DNA from: Spirochaetota bacterium
Lineage (GTDB): Bacteria; Spirochaetota; UBA6919; CBDBPB01
NCBI GenBank assembly: GCA_965208615.1
Contig: CBDBPB010000002.1
Span: 92,666-156,665, forward strand
DNA length: 64,000 nt
Direction: 5' to 3'
Under the pieces are notes generated by a model. The model ran no database searches and was not told the origin of the DNA. It saw only the letters and a program-made list of their open reading frames with translations. The position numbers and the translations under genes are program-made. Shown here piece after piece: positions 22,713 through 32,136 of this stretch (its first letter is position 1; each line of letters starts with the position of its first letter).

Positions 22713-23070
22713 TCACATATTATGTATAGGTATGGCAATTGGGAATATTAAAACCTCTTATTAAAATATAGCTATCCCCTTTGAAATAGGTTTAAGTACT
22801 TTTTCAGGATGCGGAGAGGATGATATATCCTGTGAGGCTCTGGGTGATTGTGATAAAAATGTTGAAAGTCAGCTAGAGAAAGCAAAAGATGAGGTTACAG
22901 CTGCAAATAAAGAGGTTAACGATGCAAAGAAAGAGGTTAAAAAGGATAAAAAATTAACGCCTGAAGAATTAGAAGAAGCAAGAAAAAAATTAGAAGAAGC
23001 AAGAAAAAAATTAGAAGAAGCAGAAAAAAGATTAAAAGAAGCAAAAAAGATATTAGAAAAGCTAGAAGAT

Positions 23071-25524
23071 ATGTTCCTTAAGGTTTGCAAGGTAACAAGA
23101 ACTACGGATGCTTATATTAACGCTGTTACTTGTAATAAGACTCTCGAGGATAAGTGTAATGGTGAGTGGGATTCACAAGACTGTATAGCGTCTCTTGGTA
23201 CGGCAATTGGGGTATGTAGAGTAGAAAAAGATACAACTACTCGTACTGACGTTGTTACTTGTAATACGATGGTTCAAAGTGAGTGTGATGACAAACTAGG
23301 TGAGTGGGGCTTGCAAAGCTGTACTACAAATCCTGGTACTAAAAGGCTAAAAGCAGTGCCAGAAGCAATATGCAAGGTAATTAGAGATACAGCTTCTCAT
23401 GCTAATGTAGTTACTTGTAATACAATGGTTCAAAGTGAGTGTAGTAAAAGTAAAAGAAAAGGTAATTGGAATCCACAAATCTGTAATCCAGATATTGGTA
23501 CGCCAATAAGTAAAACCTGTAAGATAATAAAAGATTCGGATACTCATACTGATGTTGTTACTTGTCAGACTACTACTAAGGCTGATTGTCCAAGTCCAAG
23601 TGTGTGGGATCCAAAAACCTGTATTCCGTCTATTGGTAATACATGTAAGATAACAGAAAATACGGATAGTCATACCGGCGTTGTTACTTGTAAAAAAACT
23701 ACTAAGGATGATTGTCAAGGTGAGGGGCGTGCGTGGGGTCTACTAGCCTGTACTGAGTCTATTGGTACTCCAATAACTAAGACATGCAAAGTGGAAAAAG
23801 ATACGGATAGTCATACCGGCGTTGTTACTTGTGATAAAACTACTAAAACTCAGTGTGATACTGATAAGGGTACCTGGGACCCACCAAGCTGTGAGCCGTC
23901 TGATGGTACAAAAAGGCAAACACCAGTGGAAGAAAAGGTTTGTAAGATAACAAAAGATACGGATACTCATACAGGCGTTGTTACTTGCGATAAGAATATT
24001 AAGACTGAGTGTGATACTAAACAAGGTGAGTGGGATCCACAAACCTGTACTCCGTTTACTGGTCAGCCCAAGACTAAGATTTGTAAGATAACAACAGAGA
24101 CGTATACTCATACAGGCGTTGTTACTTGTGATACAACTACTAAGGCTCAGTGTGATACTGATAATGGTGATTGGGACTCACAAAGCTGTACTACAAATCC
24201 TGGTACGCCTAAGACTAAGGTTTGCAAGATAACAGAAAATACGCCTACTCGTAGAGGTGTTGTTACTTGTGATACAGCTACTAAAACTCAGTGTGATACT
24301 GATAAGGGTGAGTGGGGCTTAAAAAGTTGTACTCCATCTAAGGGTAAGGCAATTAAGGTTTGTAAGATAACAACAGAGACGCCTAGTCATACAGGCGTTG
24401 TTACTTGTGAGAAAACTACTAAAACTAAGTGTGATACTAAACATGGTGAGTGGGACTCAACAAACTGTACTCCGTCTGCTGGTACGCCCATACCAAATGG
24501 TACGCCCATACCACCTGGGGTTGTTTTTGTAAAAGCTGGAACTCGTACTACTAAAAATGGGAAATCCTGGAATACTGCTTATAGTGATCTTCAAAAAGGT
24601 ATTGAGGAAGCCTCAGAAAAGTTTAAGTCTACTAAAAAACCTGTTAAGGTATATGTAGCCCAAGGGACTTATAAGCCTCAGAGTAGGCCAAATGGTGGTA
24701 CTAGTGATCGTCATAACCATTTTTCATTAAGGAATGGTGTAGAGGTTATTGGGGGTTTTCCTGGTCTAATTACTGGTGAGTCTAATAATCCTAACTACTA
24801 TAAGACTGTCCTAAGCGGTGATATCAGAAGAGTGGGCGATGATAGTGATAACGCCTATCATGTTTTTTATCATCCAGCTACTGCAAAGCTAGATAACACT
24901 GCAAAGTTAGTAGGGGTTATAATTACCAAAGGCAATACTAATACTAGTAGTAATTCCCATAGTTCTGGAGGAGGCATGTTTAATTATGAGAGCTCTCCAA
25001 CGTTAACAAATGTGGAGTTTAATAGTAATACGGCATCATACGGAGGGGGCATGGATAATACTAGTAGTAGCTCTCCAACGTTAACAAATGTGGAGTTTAA
25101 TAGTAATACGGCATCATACGGAGGGGGCATGTTTAATTTTAATAATAGCTCTCCAACGTTAAAAGATGTGACTTTTACTAGTAATACGGCTACTTATAGA
25201 GGAGGGGGCATGTATAATTATAATGAGAGCTCTCCCACTTTAACAAATGTGACTTTTACTAGTAATACGGCTAATAGGTACGGAGGGGGCATGGTTAATT
25301 GGGGTAATAGCAAGCCCACTTTAGATAATACGGTGATTTTTAATAAAAACATTGCTGGTAGTGTTGCTAATAGCCAAATAGGCAAAGGCGGGGCTATTTA
25401 TAATTATTCCTCAAGCATAACAGGCACACCAACCTATGGAACGGGTACTAATGAAAATAAAAAGGTTGTCAAAAATAATAATGGCACATATAAACTTATA
25501 AAGTCAAACCTTGACTCAGACTAA
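23071..25524 (+). CDS. Pmp-like repeat surface protein, paralog 1; lacks signal peptide
   Basis: About ten Cys-rich ~47-51 aa modules (CKITKDTDTHTGVVTCDKTTKTxCDTDKGxWDPxSC), then a choice-of-anchor / beta-helix-like region and five or more GGGM-Y/F-N...VTFTSN units. The frame is open upstream to 22765 but has no ATG/GTG/TTG before 23071. Confidence 0.6.
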   Translation: MFLKVCKVTRTTDAYINAVTCNKTLEDKCNGEWDSQDCIASLGTAIGVCRVEKDTTTRTDVVTCNTMVQSECDDKLGEWGLQSCTTNPGTKRLKAVPEAICKVIRDTASHANVVTCNTMVQSECSKSKRKGNWNPQICNPDIGTPISKTCKIIKDSDTHTDVVTCQTTTKADCPSPSVWDPKTCIPSIGNTCKITENTDSHTGVVTCKKTTKDDCQGEGRAWGLLACTESIGTPITKTCKVEKDTDSHTGVVTCDKTTKTQCDTDKGTWDPPSCEPSDGTKRQTPVEEKVCKITKDTDTHTGVVTCDKNIKTECDTKQGEWDPQTCTPFTGQPKTKICKITTETYTHTGVVTCDTTTKAQCDTDNGDWDSQSCTTNPGTPKTKVCKITENTPTRRGVVTCDTATKTQCDTDKGEWGLKSCTPSKGKAIKVCKITTETPSHTGVVTCEKTTKTKCDTKHGEWDSTNCTPSAGTPIPNGTPIPPGVVFVKAGTRTTKNGKSWNTAYSDLQKGIEEASEKFKSTKKPVKVYVAQGTYKPQSRPNGGTSDRHNHFSLRNGVEVIGGFPGLITGESNNPNYYKTVLSGDIRRVGDDSDNAYHVFYHPATAKLDNTAKLVGVIITKGNTNTSSNSHSSGGGMFNYESSPTLTNVEFNSNTASYGGGMDNTSSSSPTLTNVEFNSNTASYGGGMFNFNNSSPTLKDVTFTSNTATYRGGGMYNYNESSPTLTNVTFTSNTANRYGGGMVNWGNSKPTLDNTVIFNKNIAGSVANSQIGKGGAIYNYSSSITGTPTYGTGTNENKKVVKNNNGTYKLIKSNLDSD

Positions 25525-25554
25525 TAAGTATATTTATTTAGTCCGTTAAAATTA

Positions 25555-25580
25555 AGGGGAGTATAGCTCCTCTTTTTTTT
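25555..25580 (+). terminator. Rho-independent terminator shared by the paralog family
   Basis: aaggggagtatagctcctc followed by T8; same element after all three paralogs. Confidence 0.7.
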
Positions 25581-25762
25581 ATGGTTTTTATAACAAAGTA
25601 GCATAAATAGCAGTTATAGCATAGATAGACTTGACTTATCCTTCTATAAATATTATCCTATGTGATAGAACAAGTTAATTTACTTTTAATTCTATAGTTT
25701 TTAATAAAAAGTTGTTTTTTGTTTAGTTTGAGTTATCTTATAAAAAAACAAGGAATTAAGTT

Positions 25763-27136
25763 ATGACAAAAAAGAATTATTTAAACATTTTAATAATACT
25801 ATTAATTAGTATTTCGTTAGTTAGGGGCAAGTGCGATTCCGATAAGGTAATAAGTCCTCCTTCTGATGGTACAGAAAGGCCAGAACCAGTGGAAGAAAAG
25901 GTTTGTAAGATAACAACAGATACGGATACTCGTAGAGGTGTTGTTACTTGTGAAAAGAATACTACTAATTGTCAAGGTGAGTGGGTCGTAGGATGTCGTC
26001 CATCTAACGGTATACTTATTCCAAAAGCTCAAAAAGATCAAATTTTTGTAAAAGCTTTAAACCAAGATGAAAGGCGCTCTAATGAAGATGGAAAGTCCTG
26101 GACAACTGCCTTTAGTGATCTTCAAAAAGGTATTAAGTATGCTTTTGAGAATAATAAAAAGATGGTATATGTAGCCCAAGGGACTTATAAGCCTACTAGT
26201 TATCCAAATGGTGGTAGTGGTGATGATCGTTATAAGCATTTTTCATTAAGGAATGGTATAGAGGTTATTGGAGGCTTTCCCGGTGAAAAGCTTGATGAGC
26301 CTAATAATCCTGAGCAATATGAGACTATTCTAAGCGGTGATATTGGAACTAAAGATGATAGAGATAACGTCTATCATGTTTTTTATCATCCTGATGGTAC
26401 AAACCTAAATAACTCAGCAAAGCTAGCTGGGGTTACAATTACCCAAGGCTATGCTTATTTTGCGTCTCCTGATGTTAATGAGCCTCGTAAGTTAGGAGGG
26501 GGCATGTATAATTTTAAGAGCTCTCCAACGTTAACAACTGTGACTTTTCGTAATAATACGGCTAGAGATGGAGGGGGCATGTATAATTTTAAGAGCTCTC
26601 CAACGTTAACAGGTGTGGCTTTTACTGAAAATACGGCTATTACCGGAGGGGGCATGCGTAATTATAAGGATAGCTCCCCAACGTTAAAAGATGTGACTTT
26701 TACTAAAAATGAGGCTACTGTTAACGGAGGGGGCATGCATAATTGGGATAATAGCTCTCCAAAGTTAACAGATGTGACTTTTACTAAGAATAAGGCTACT
26801 ATTAACGGAGGGGGCGGCATGTATAATTATTATTATAGCTCCCCAAAGTTAACAGGTGTGACTTTTAATAGTAATACGGCTAGTAGGTACGGAGGGGGCA
26901 TGTTTAATTTTGTTGGTTGCTCTCCAGAGTTCATAAGTAATGTGGTTTTTAATAAAAACATTGTTGGTAGTGTTGGTAGTGACCTAATAAGCTACGGCGG
27001 GGCTATTTATAATAGTAAGACTTCAGCCATAACAGGCACTCCAACCTATGGAACGGGTGATGATGAAAATAAAAAGGTTGTCAAAAATACAGATGGCACA
27101 TATAGTTTTGTAAAGTCAAACAGTTGGCCATGGTAA
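25763..27136 (+). CDS. Pmp-like repeat surface protein, paralog 2 (short form)
   Basis: Own N-terminal hydrophobic leader; one Cys module, then the same beta-helix-like region and about seven GGGM units; same C-terminal segment (ITGTPTYGTG.DENKKVVKN) and 3' flank as paralog 1. Confidence 0.7.
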   Translation: MTKKNYLNILIILLISISLVRGKCDSDKVISPPSDGTERPEPVEEKVCKITTDTDTRRGVVTCEKNTTNCQGEWVVGCRPSNGILIPKAQKDQIFVKALNQDERRSNEDGKSWTTAFSDLQKGIKYAFENNKKMVYVAQGTYKPTSYPNGGSGDDRYKHFSLRNGIEVIGGFPGEKLDEPNNPEQYETILSGDIGTKDDRDNVYHVFYHPDGTNLNNSAKLAGVTITQGYAYFASPDVNEPRKLGGGMYNFKSSPTLTTVTFRNNTARDGGGMYNFKSSPTLTGVAFTENTAITGGGMRNYKDSSPTLKDVTFTKNEATVNGGGMHNWDNSSPKLTDVTFTKNKATINGGGGMYNYYYSSPKLTGVTFNSNTASRYGGGMFNFVGCSPEFISNVVFNKNIVGSVGSDLISYGGAIYNSKTSAITGTPTYGTGDDENKKVVKNTDGTYSFVKSNSWPW

Positions 27137-27165
27137 TAAGTATATTTATTTAGTCCGTTAAAATT

Positions 27166-27192
27166 AAGGGGAGCATAGCTCCTCTTTTTTTT
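27166..27192 (+). terminator. Rho-independent terminator (family 3' flank)
   Basis: ggggagcatagctcctc hairpin followed by T-run. Confidence 0.7.
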
Positions 27193-27293
27193 ATGGTTTT
27201 TATAACAAAGTAGCATAAATAGCAGTTATAGCATAGATAGACTTGACTATATATTTAATTTTGATATATATTTTTATAGTGCATAGAAGACTA

Positions 27294-27488
27294 TTAAGCT
27301 TTAAGATTTATCATATTGCTTAGCCAAGGAATGATATTACTATTAATTTGTGGGGCTTGAGCCTGTTTTTTTATAAGGTGCAAAGCAAGGTCATGTTTAA
27401 TTTGGATAGCTTTTTCAATTGTATTTAGTTGAGCTTGTTGATGGGCATTTTGCATAGCTACTGCATTAGTTGTTTGTACAATATTCAT
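27294..27488 (-). CDS. Small hypothetical protein (64 aa), Gln/Ala-rich
   Basis: ORF only; no motif recognised; could be spurious. Confidence 0.2.
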   Translation of the reverse strand: MNIVQTTNAVAMQNAHQQAQLNTIEKAIQIKHDLALHLIKKQAQAPQINSNIIPWLSNMINLKA

Positions 27489-27752
27489 TTTAACTCCTTT
27501 TTATAATTAAAGTATCGGTAATATATAATTTAATACAAGGATTATAATATAAAAATAAATTTTATATACTTGTTAAATTATGTTTAGATAGCTTATAATA
27601 AATCTTATTTTTTTTTAAATTAACTTGTATTATGTTGTATTTCTTTTTATAATTTACGAGTTAAGTAATTTTAAATATTATTGTATACAAAGCTATTTAA
27701 CTATAATAAAGCTATTTAACTATAATAAAGCTAATATGAGTTAACAGAGTTT

Positions 27753-28110
27753 ATGAGAGAAGAATTTATACCTATTGTTATATATACGGCTTTAGTTGTT
27801 GGTTTAGGTCTTTTATTTTTACTTATGTCGAGGTATATTGGGCCAATAAAAAAGTCTAAGCAGAAGTATGATCCTTATGAGTGTGGAGTAGAGCCAATAG
27901 ATTCTTTAAGAAAGAGGTTTCATATAAGGTTTTTACTTAATAGCTGCGTTATTTATTTTGTTTGACATTGAAACTGTATTTTTATTGCCATGGGCGGTAA
28001 CTTTTGCTGATATGACTATATTAGCTATAGTTGAGGTTGTTGTATTCATAGGTATTTTGGCTATTGGACTATTATATATTATTAAAAAGAAGGTATTTCA
28101 ATGGGATTAG
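27753..28110 (+). CDS. nuoA: NADH-quinone oxidoreductase subunit A, with apparent +1 shift in a T5 run at 27930-27934
   Basis: N-terminal part ...YECGVEPIDS...RFHIRF in one frame; conserved continuation YLIAALFILFDIETVFLLPWAV... in the next frame, ending at 28110. Confidence 0.75.
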
Positions 28111-28587
28111 AGTCTCATTTACATGGTTTTATTACTACTAAGCTTGACAAGCTGGTTAATTGGGGACGAAAGAACTCATTATGGGCCTATGCCTTTTGGG
28201 GTAGCATGTTGTGCAATAGAGTTTATGGGTTTACTTTGTTCACGGTTTGATTTAGCTCGATTTGGAGCTGAGGTAATACGTTTTTCTCCAAGACAGTCTG
28301 ATTTACTTATTATATCTGGTAGGATATCTATCAAGATGTTGCCTGTTCTAATAAAGATTTATGAGCAGATGCCTGCACCAAAGTGGGTTATTAGTGTTGG
28401 AGCTTGTTGTTCATCTGGGGGAGTGTTTGATACATATACTCTTATACAGGGTGTGGATCAGTTTATACCTGTTGATTGTTATGTACCTGGTTGTCCACCA
28501 AGGCCAGAGGCATTTATAGAGGCTCTTATGTTCATTCAGAAAAAGATAGACAGCGAAAGAATACAGGATAACATACACGGAAAGTAA
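28101..28587 (+). CDS. nuoB: NADH-quinone oxidoreductase subunit B, with apparent +1 shift (tggg) near 28180-28195
   Basis: N-terminus LDKLVNWGRKNSLW in the frame from ATG 28101; conserved continuation PMPFGVACCAIEFM...GCPPRPE in the ORF 28123-28587 frame. Confidence 0.8.
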
Positions 28588-28589
28588 TT

Positions 28590-29120
28590 ATGGATAATGA
28601 TTCGGTAATTCAGCTATTAAAGTATAATTTAAACGATAAGATTATTAACCACTCTATATTTAGGGGGCTTTTGTCTATAGATATTATGGCTAGTTCTATT
28701 TTAGATATGGTATCTTTACTTAGGGCTAATGAGAAGTTAGATTTTTCTATGTTGATTGACATATCTGGGGTGGACTATTCTGACTTTACTGATGATTTAC
28801 CTGTTAACAGTCGTTTTGGGGTTATTTATATATTTTATTCTTTTGCAAATGATTTAAGGATTAAGGTTAGGGCATTTATACCTGATGATAAGCCTGAGAT
28901 AGATTCTATTTATGGTGAGTTTAAGGGTGCGGATTGGACTGAGAGAGAGATTTATGATATGTATGGTATTAGTTTTAGGGGGCATCCTAACTTGGAGCGT
29001 ATACTAATGCCAGATTATTATAAACATCACCCACTACGTAAGGACTATCCTCTTAGGGGATTGGGAGAGAGAACTAACTTTCCTAAATATAACATATATG
29101 ACAAGTTGAATAGAGAGTAA
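28590..29120 (+). CDS. nuoC: NADH-quinone oxidoreductase subunit C
   Basis: 30-kDa subunit length and motifs (ERxxYDMYGIxFxGHP); operon position. Confidence 0.8.
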   Translation: MDNDSVIQLLKYNLNDKIINHSIFRGLLSIDIMASSILDMVSLLRANEKLDFSMLIDISGVDYSDFTDDLPVNSRFGVIYIFYSFANDLRIKVRAFIPDDKPEIDSIYGEFKGADWTEREIYDMYGISFRGHPNLERILMPDYYKHHPLRKDYPLRGLGERTNFPKYNIYDKLNRE

Positions 29121-29125
29121 TATGA

Positions 29126-30331
29126 GTGGTTATATTTTTTGACATAGAAGAAGAGATTGACTCTACCATTACAATTAATGTTGGGCCTAATCATCCTGCG
29201 ACTCATGGTACTCTTAGGCTTAAGGTTGAGATGGATGGTGAGCGTATTATAAACTGTGAGCCAGAGATAGGTTTTTTACATACTGGTTTTGAGAAGCTTG
29301 CAGAGGATCGTAGTTACAATCAGTTTATAACTATGACTGATCGTATGAATTATATATCCCCTCTTAATAATAACATAGGTTTTGCTATTGCTGCAGAGGA
29401 GCTTTTAGCTATTGAAGTACCTGAGAGAGCCCAAATTATACGGGTTATTATGGCGGAGCTATCTAGGATATCTGATCATATAATATGCGTTGGTTTACAG
29501 GGTATGGACCTTGGTGCATTTAGTGTATTTTTATGGACTATGGTAGAGAGGGAGAGGTTATATGATATATTTGAGCTTGTTACTGGTGCAAGACTGACTA
29601 CTAGTTACACTCGTGTAGGGGGTTTAGCTTTTGATGTACCTTCTGACTTTGCTGAGAGAGTATTAAAGACCCTTGTTACTATAGAGAAGTGCATTGCCGA
29701 GATTGAGCTTATGCTATCCAAGAATAGGCTTTTTATTGACCGTTGCAAGGGTATTGGTTATTTGTCTAAGGAGGATGCTCTTAGTTATGGTATTACTGGT
29801 CCTATATTACGGGCTAGTGGCGTAAATTATGATATTAGGAAGGTTAAGCCTTATTCGTCTTATGATAGGTTTGATTTTCTTATACCTGTTGAGCATGCTG
29901 GTGATAGTTATGCACGTTATATTGTTCGCATAGAGGAGATGAAGCAGAGTGTGAGTATTGTAAGGCAGGCTTTAAAGGTTTTACCTGGTGGAGAGGTTAA
30001 TTATTTTAACAAGAAGCACATATTACCGAATAAGGATAAAACTTATAATGATATGGAGTCACTGATTCATCATTTTAAGGTAATAATGCCAGATGGAGAT
30101 CATGGTATACATCCACCTATTGGAGAGGTATACTCATCTACTGAGGTACCCAATGGAGAACTAGGTTTTCATGTTGTTAGTGATGGGACTTATAAGCCTT
30201 ATAGGTTAAGGGTTAGGCCTCCATCTATTTTTAACTATCAGTGTTTTGATAAGTTATCAAAAGGACATTTAGTTGCAGATATACCTGCTATTCTTAGTAG
30301 TTTAAAATATCGTAGCTGGCGAATTAGATAG
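29126..30331 (+). CDS. nuoD: NADH-quinone oxidoreductase subunit D
   Basis: 49-kDa subunit motifs (INVGPNHPATHGTLRL). An ATG at 29122 would be in frame if the T6 run at 29135-29140 carries one extra T. Confidence 0.8.
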   Translation: MVIFFDIEEEIDSTITINVGPNHPATHGTLRLKVEMDGERIINCEPEIGFLHTGFEKLAEDRSYNQFITMTDRMNYISPLNNNIGFAIAAEELLAIEVPERAQIIRVIMAELSRISDHIICVGLQGMDLGAFSVFLWTMVERERLYDIFELVTGARLTTSYTRVGGLAFDVPSDFAERVLKTLVTIEKCIAEIELMLSKNRLFIDRCKGIGYLSKEDALSYGITGPILRASGVNYDIRKVKPYSSYDRFDFLIPVEHAGDSYARYIVRIEEMKQSVSIVRQALKVLPGGEVNYFNKKHILPNKDKTYNDMESLIHHFKVIMPDGDHGIHPPIGEVYSSTEVPNGELGFHVVSDGTYKPYRLRVRPPSIFNYQCFDKLSKGHLVADIPAILSSLKYRSWRIR

Positions 30332-30348
30332 ATAAAGGTTTTAGGACG

Positions 30349-30822
30349 ATGCTAAAAGAGTTTTCCAAAGAGATGAGAGAAGAGTTAGACAGGCTTATAA
30401 CTGTATTACCTAATAAGAAGGCGGTGTTATTACCTGCACTTCGTATTGCTGAGGAAAAGTTTGGCTTTGTTGATAGTGAGTCTTGTAAGTTAGTGGCTGG
30501 TATTTTAGGCTTATCTCCTTCTTATGTATACGGTACTCTTACCTTTTATACTCATTATAAGAGGGAGTTTCATGGTAAGTATAGGATTATGGTATGCAGT
30601 ACTTTGATGTGTTCTTTAAGGAATAGCAAGGGTATTTTAGAACATATAAAGGCTAGGCTGGGTATTGATGTTGGTGAAAAGACTGAGGATGGTAAGTTTT
30701 CTATAGAGAAGGTTGAGTGCCTAGCTAGTTGTGGTACTGCTCCTTCCATACAAATAAATGATGATTTTTACGAGAATATGACTATAGAGAAGGTAGATGA
30801 GATATTAGATAGTTTGGATTAG
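30349..30822 (+). CDS. nuoE: NADH-quinone oxidoreductase subunit E
   Basis: 24-kDa thioredoxin-like [2Fe-2S] subunit; cysteines spaced C-x4-C...C-x3-C. Confidence 0.8.
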   Translation: MLKEFSKEMREELDRLITVLPNKKAVLLPALRIAEEKFGFVDSESCKLVAGILGLSPSYVYGTLTFYTHYKREFHGKYRIMVCSTLMCSLRNSKGILEHIKARLGIDVGEKTEDGKFSIEKVECLASCGTAPSIQINDDFYENMTIEKVDEILDSLD

Positions 30823-30873
30823 TGGGTCATAGTTTAATTAAGTTATGGTGATATTAGTTTTGAGGTAATAGAG

Positions 30874-32118
30874 TTGGCATTTGAACCTATTTTATTAAAG
30901 AATATTAAGCTAGGCGGGGCTTTAGGCATTGAGTCTTATATGTCAGGTGGGGGATATAAAGCGGCAAAGAAGGCTATAGCAATGGACCCTAAGGCTGTGA
31001 CTAAAGAGGTTAAAGACTCTGGCTTAAGGGGACGTGGTGGTGCTGGTTTCCCTACTGGTATGAAGTGGAGTTTTGTTCCTGATAATATTAAGCCTGTTTA
31101 TCTTGCTTGTAATGCCGATGAGAGTGAGCCTGGAACGTTTAAGGATAGGTATATAATAGAGAAAGACCCTCATCAACTTATTGAGGGTATTATTATTTGT
31201 TGTTGGGCTATACAATCTAACACGGCATTTATATATATACGGGGTGAGTTCCCTTATGGTGCTAGGGTATTAAAGAACGCTATACAAGAGGCTAAAAATA
31301 AGGGTTTTGTTGGTAGTAATATATTTGATAGTGGTTTTGATTTAGATATTATTGTTGTACGGGGTGCTGGAGCTTATATTTGTGGTGAGGAGACTGCATT
31401 ATTGACGTCTATAGAGGGTTCAAGAGGTTATCCTAAATTGAAGCCTCCTTTTCCTGCTGTAGTGGGTTTATTTAAGAAGCCTACAATTATTAATAATGTT
31501 GAGACTCTTGCCAATCTACCTCATATTATTAACAATGGGGCAAAGTGGCATAAGAGTTTTGGTACTGAGAAGAGTCCTGGCTTTAAGATATTTTGTGTTA
31601 GTGGTCTTGTTAATAAGCCTGGGGTATATGAGTTGCCATTGGGTACTCCGTTAAGAGAGATTATATACGATCATGCAGGGGGAGTATTAAACAACAAAAA
31701 GATTAAGGCGGTTATACCAGGGGGATCATCCACACCTATTCTTACTGAGGATCAGTTAGATACAGCTATGGATTATGAGTCTTTACAAGAGGCTGGATCT
31801 ATGTTGGGTTCTGGTGGTATTACTGTTTTAGATGAGAGCAACTGCATGGTGGATGCAATTTTTAATTTAATTAGGTTTTACCATCATGAGTCATGTGGGC
31901 AGTGTACCCCTTGTCGTGAGGGTACTGGTTGGCTTGAGAAGATTATATCCAGGATAAAAAATGGAAGTGGTCTTAAAGAGGATATTGATCTAATACTGGA
32001 AATATGTGATAATATGGAGGGTAAAACTATTTGTCCTTTATCTGATGCTGCGGTTATGCCGACTAGGAGCTATGTTCAAAGGTTTAGGCACGAGTTTGAA
32101 GCGTATATAAAAGAATAG
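30874..32118 (+). CDS. nuoF: NADH-quinone oxidoreductase subunit F
   Basis: 51-kDa subunit; glycine-rich FMN/NADH-binding motifs (GRGGAGFPTG) and C-terminal ESCGQCTPCREG 4Fe-4S motif; TTG start. Confidence 0.85.
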   Translation: MAFEPILLKNIKLGGALGIESYMSGGGYKAAKKAIAMDPKAVTKEVKDSGLRGRGGAGFPTGMKWSFVPDNIKPVYLACNADESEPGTFKDRYIIEKDPHQLIEGIIICCWAIQSNTAFIYIRGEFPYGARVLKNAIQEAKNKGFVGSNIFDSGFDLDIIVVRGAGAYICGEETALLTSIEGSRGYPKLKPPFPAVVGLFKKPTIINNVETLANLPHIINNGAKWHKSFGTEKSPGFKIFCVSGLVNKPGVYELPLGTPLREIIYDHAGGVLNNKKIKAVIPGGSSTPILTEDQLDTAMDYESLQEAGSMLGSGGITVLDESNCMVDAIFNLIRFYHHESCGQCTPCREGTGWLEKIISRIKNGSGLKEDIDLILEICDNMEGKTICPLSDAAVMPTRSYVQRFRHEFEAYIKE

Positions 32119-32136
32119 CGTTAAGGGTTTGTTTAA

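Noticed and set aside
23347-24111. Antisense ORFs inside paralog 1 (23347-23718 and 23743-24111, minus strand)
   Set aside because: They lie entirely within the repeat-built sense gene; repetitive coding DNA yields long spurious reverse frames.
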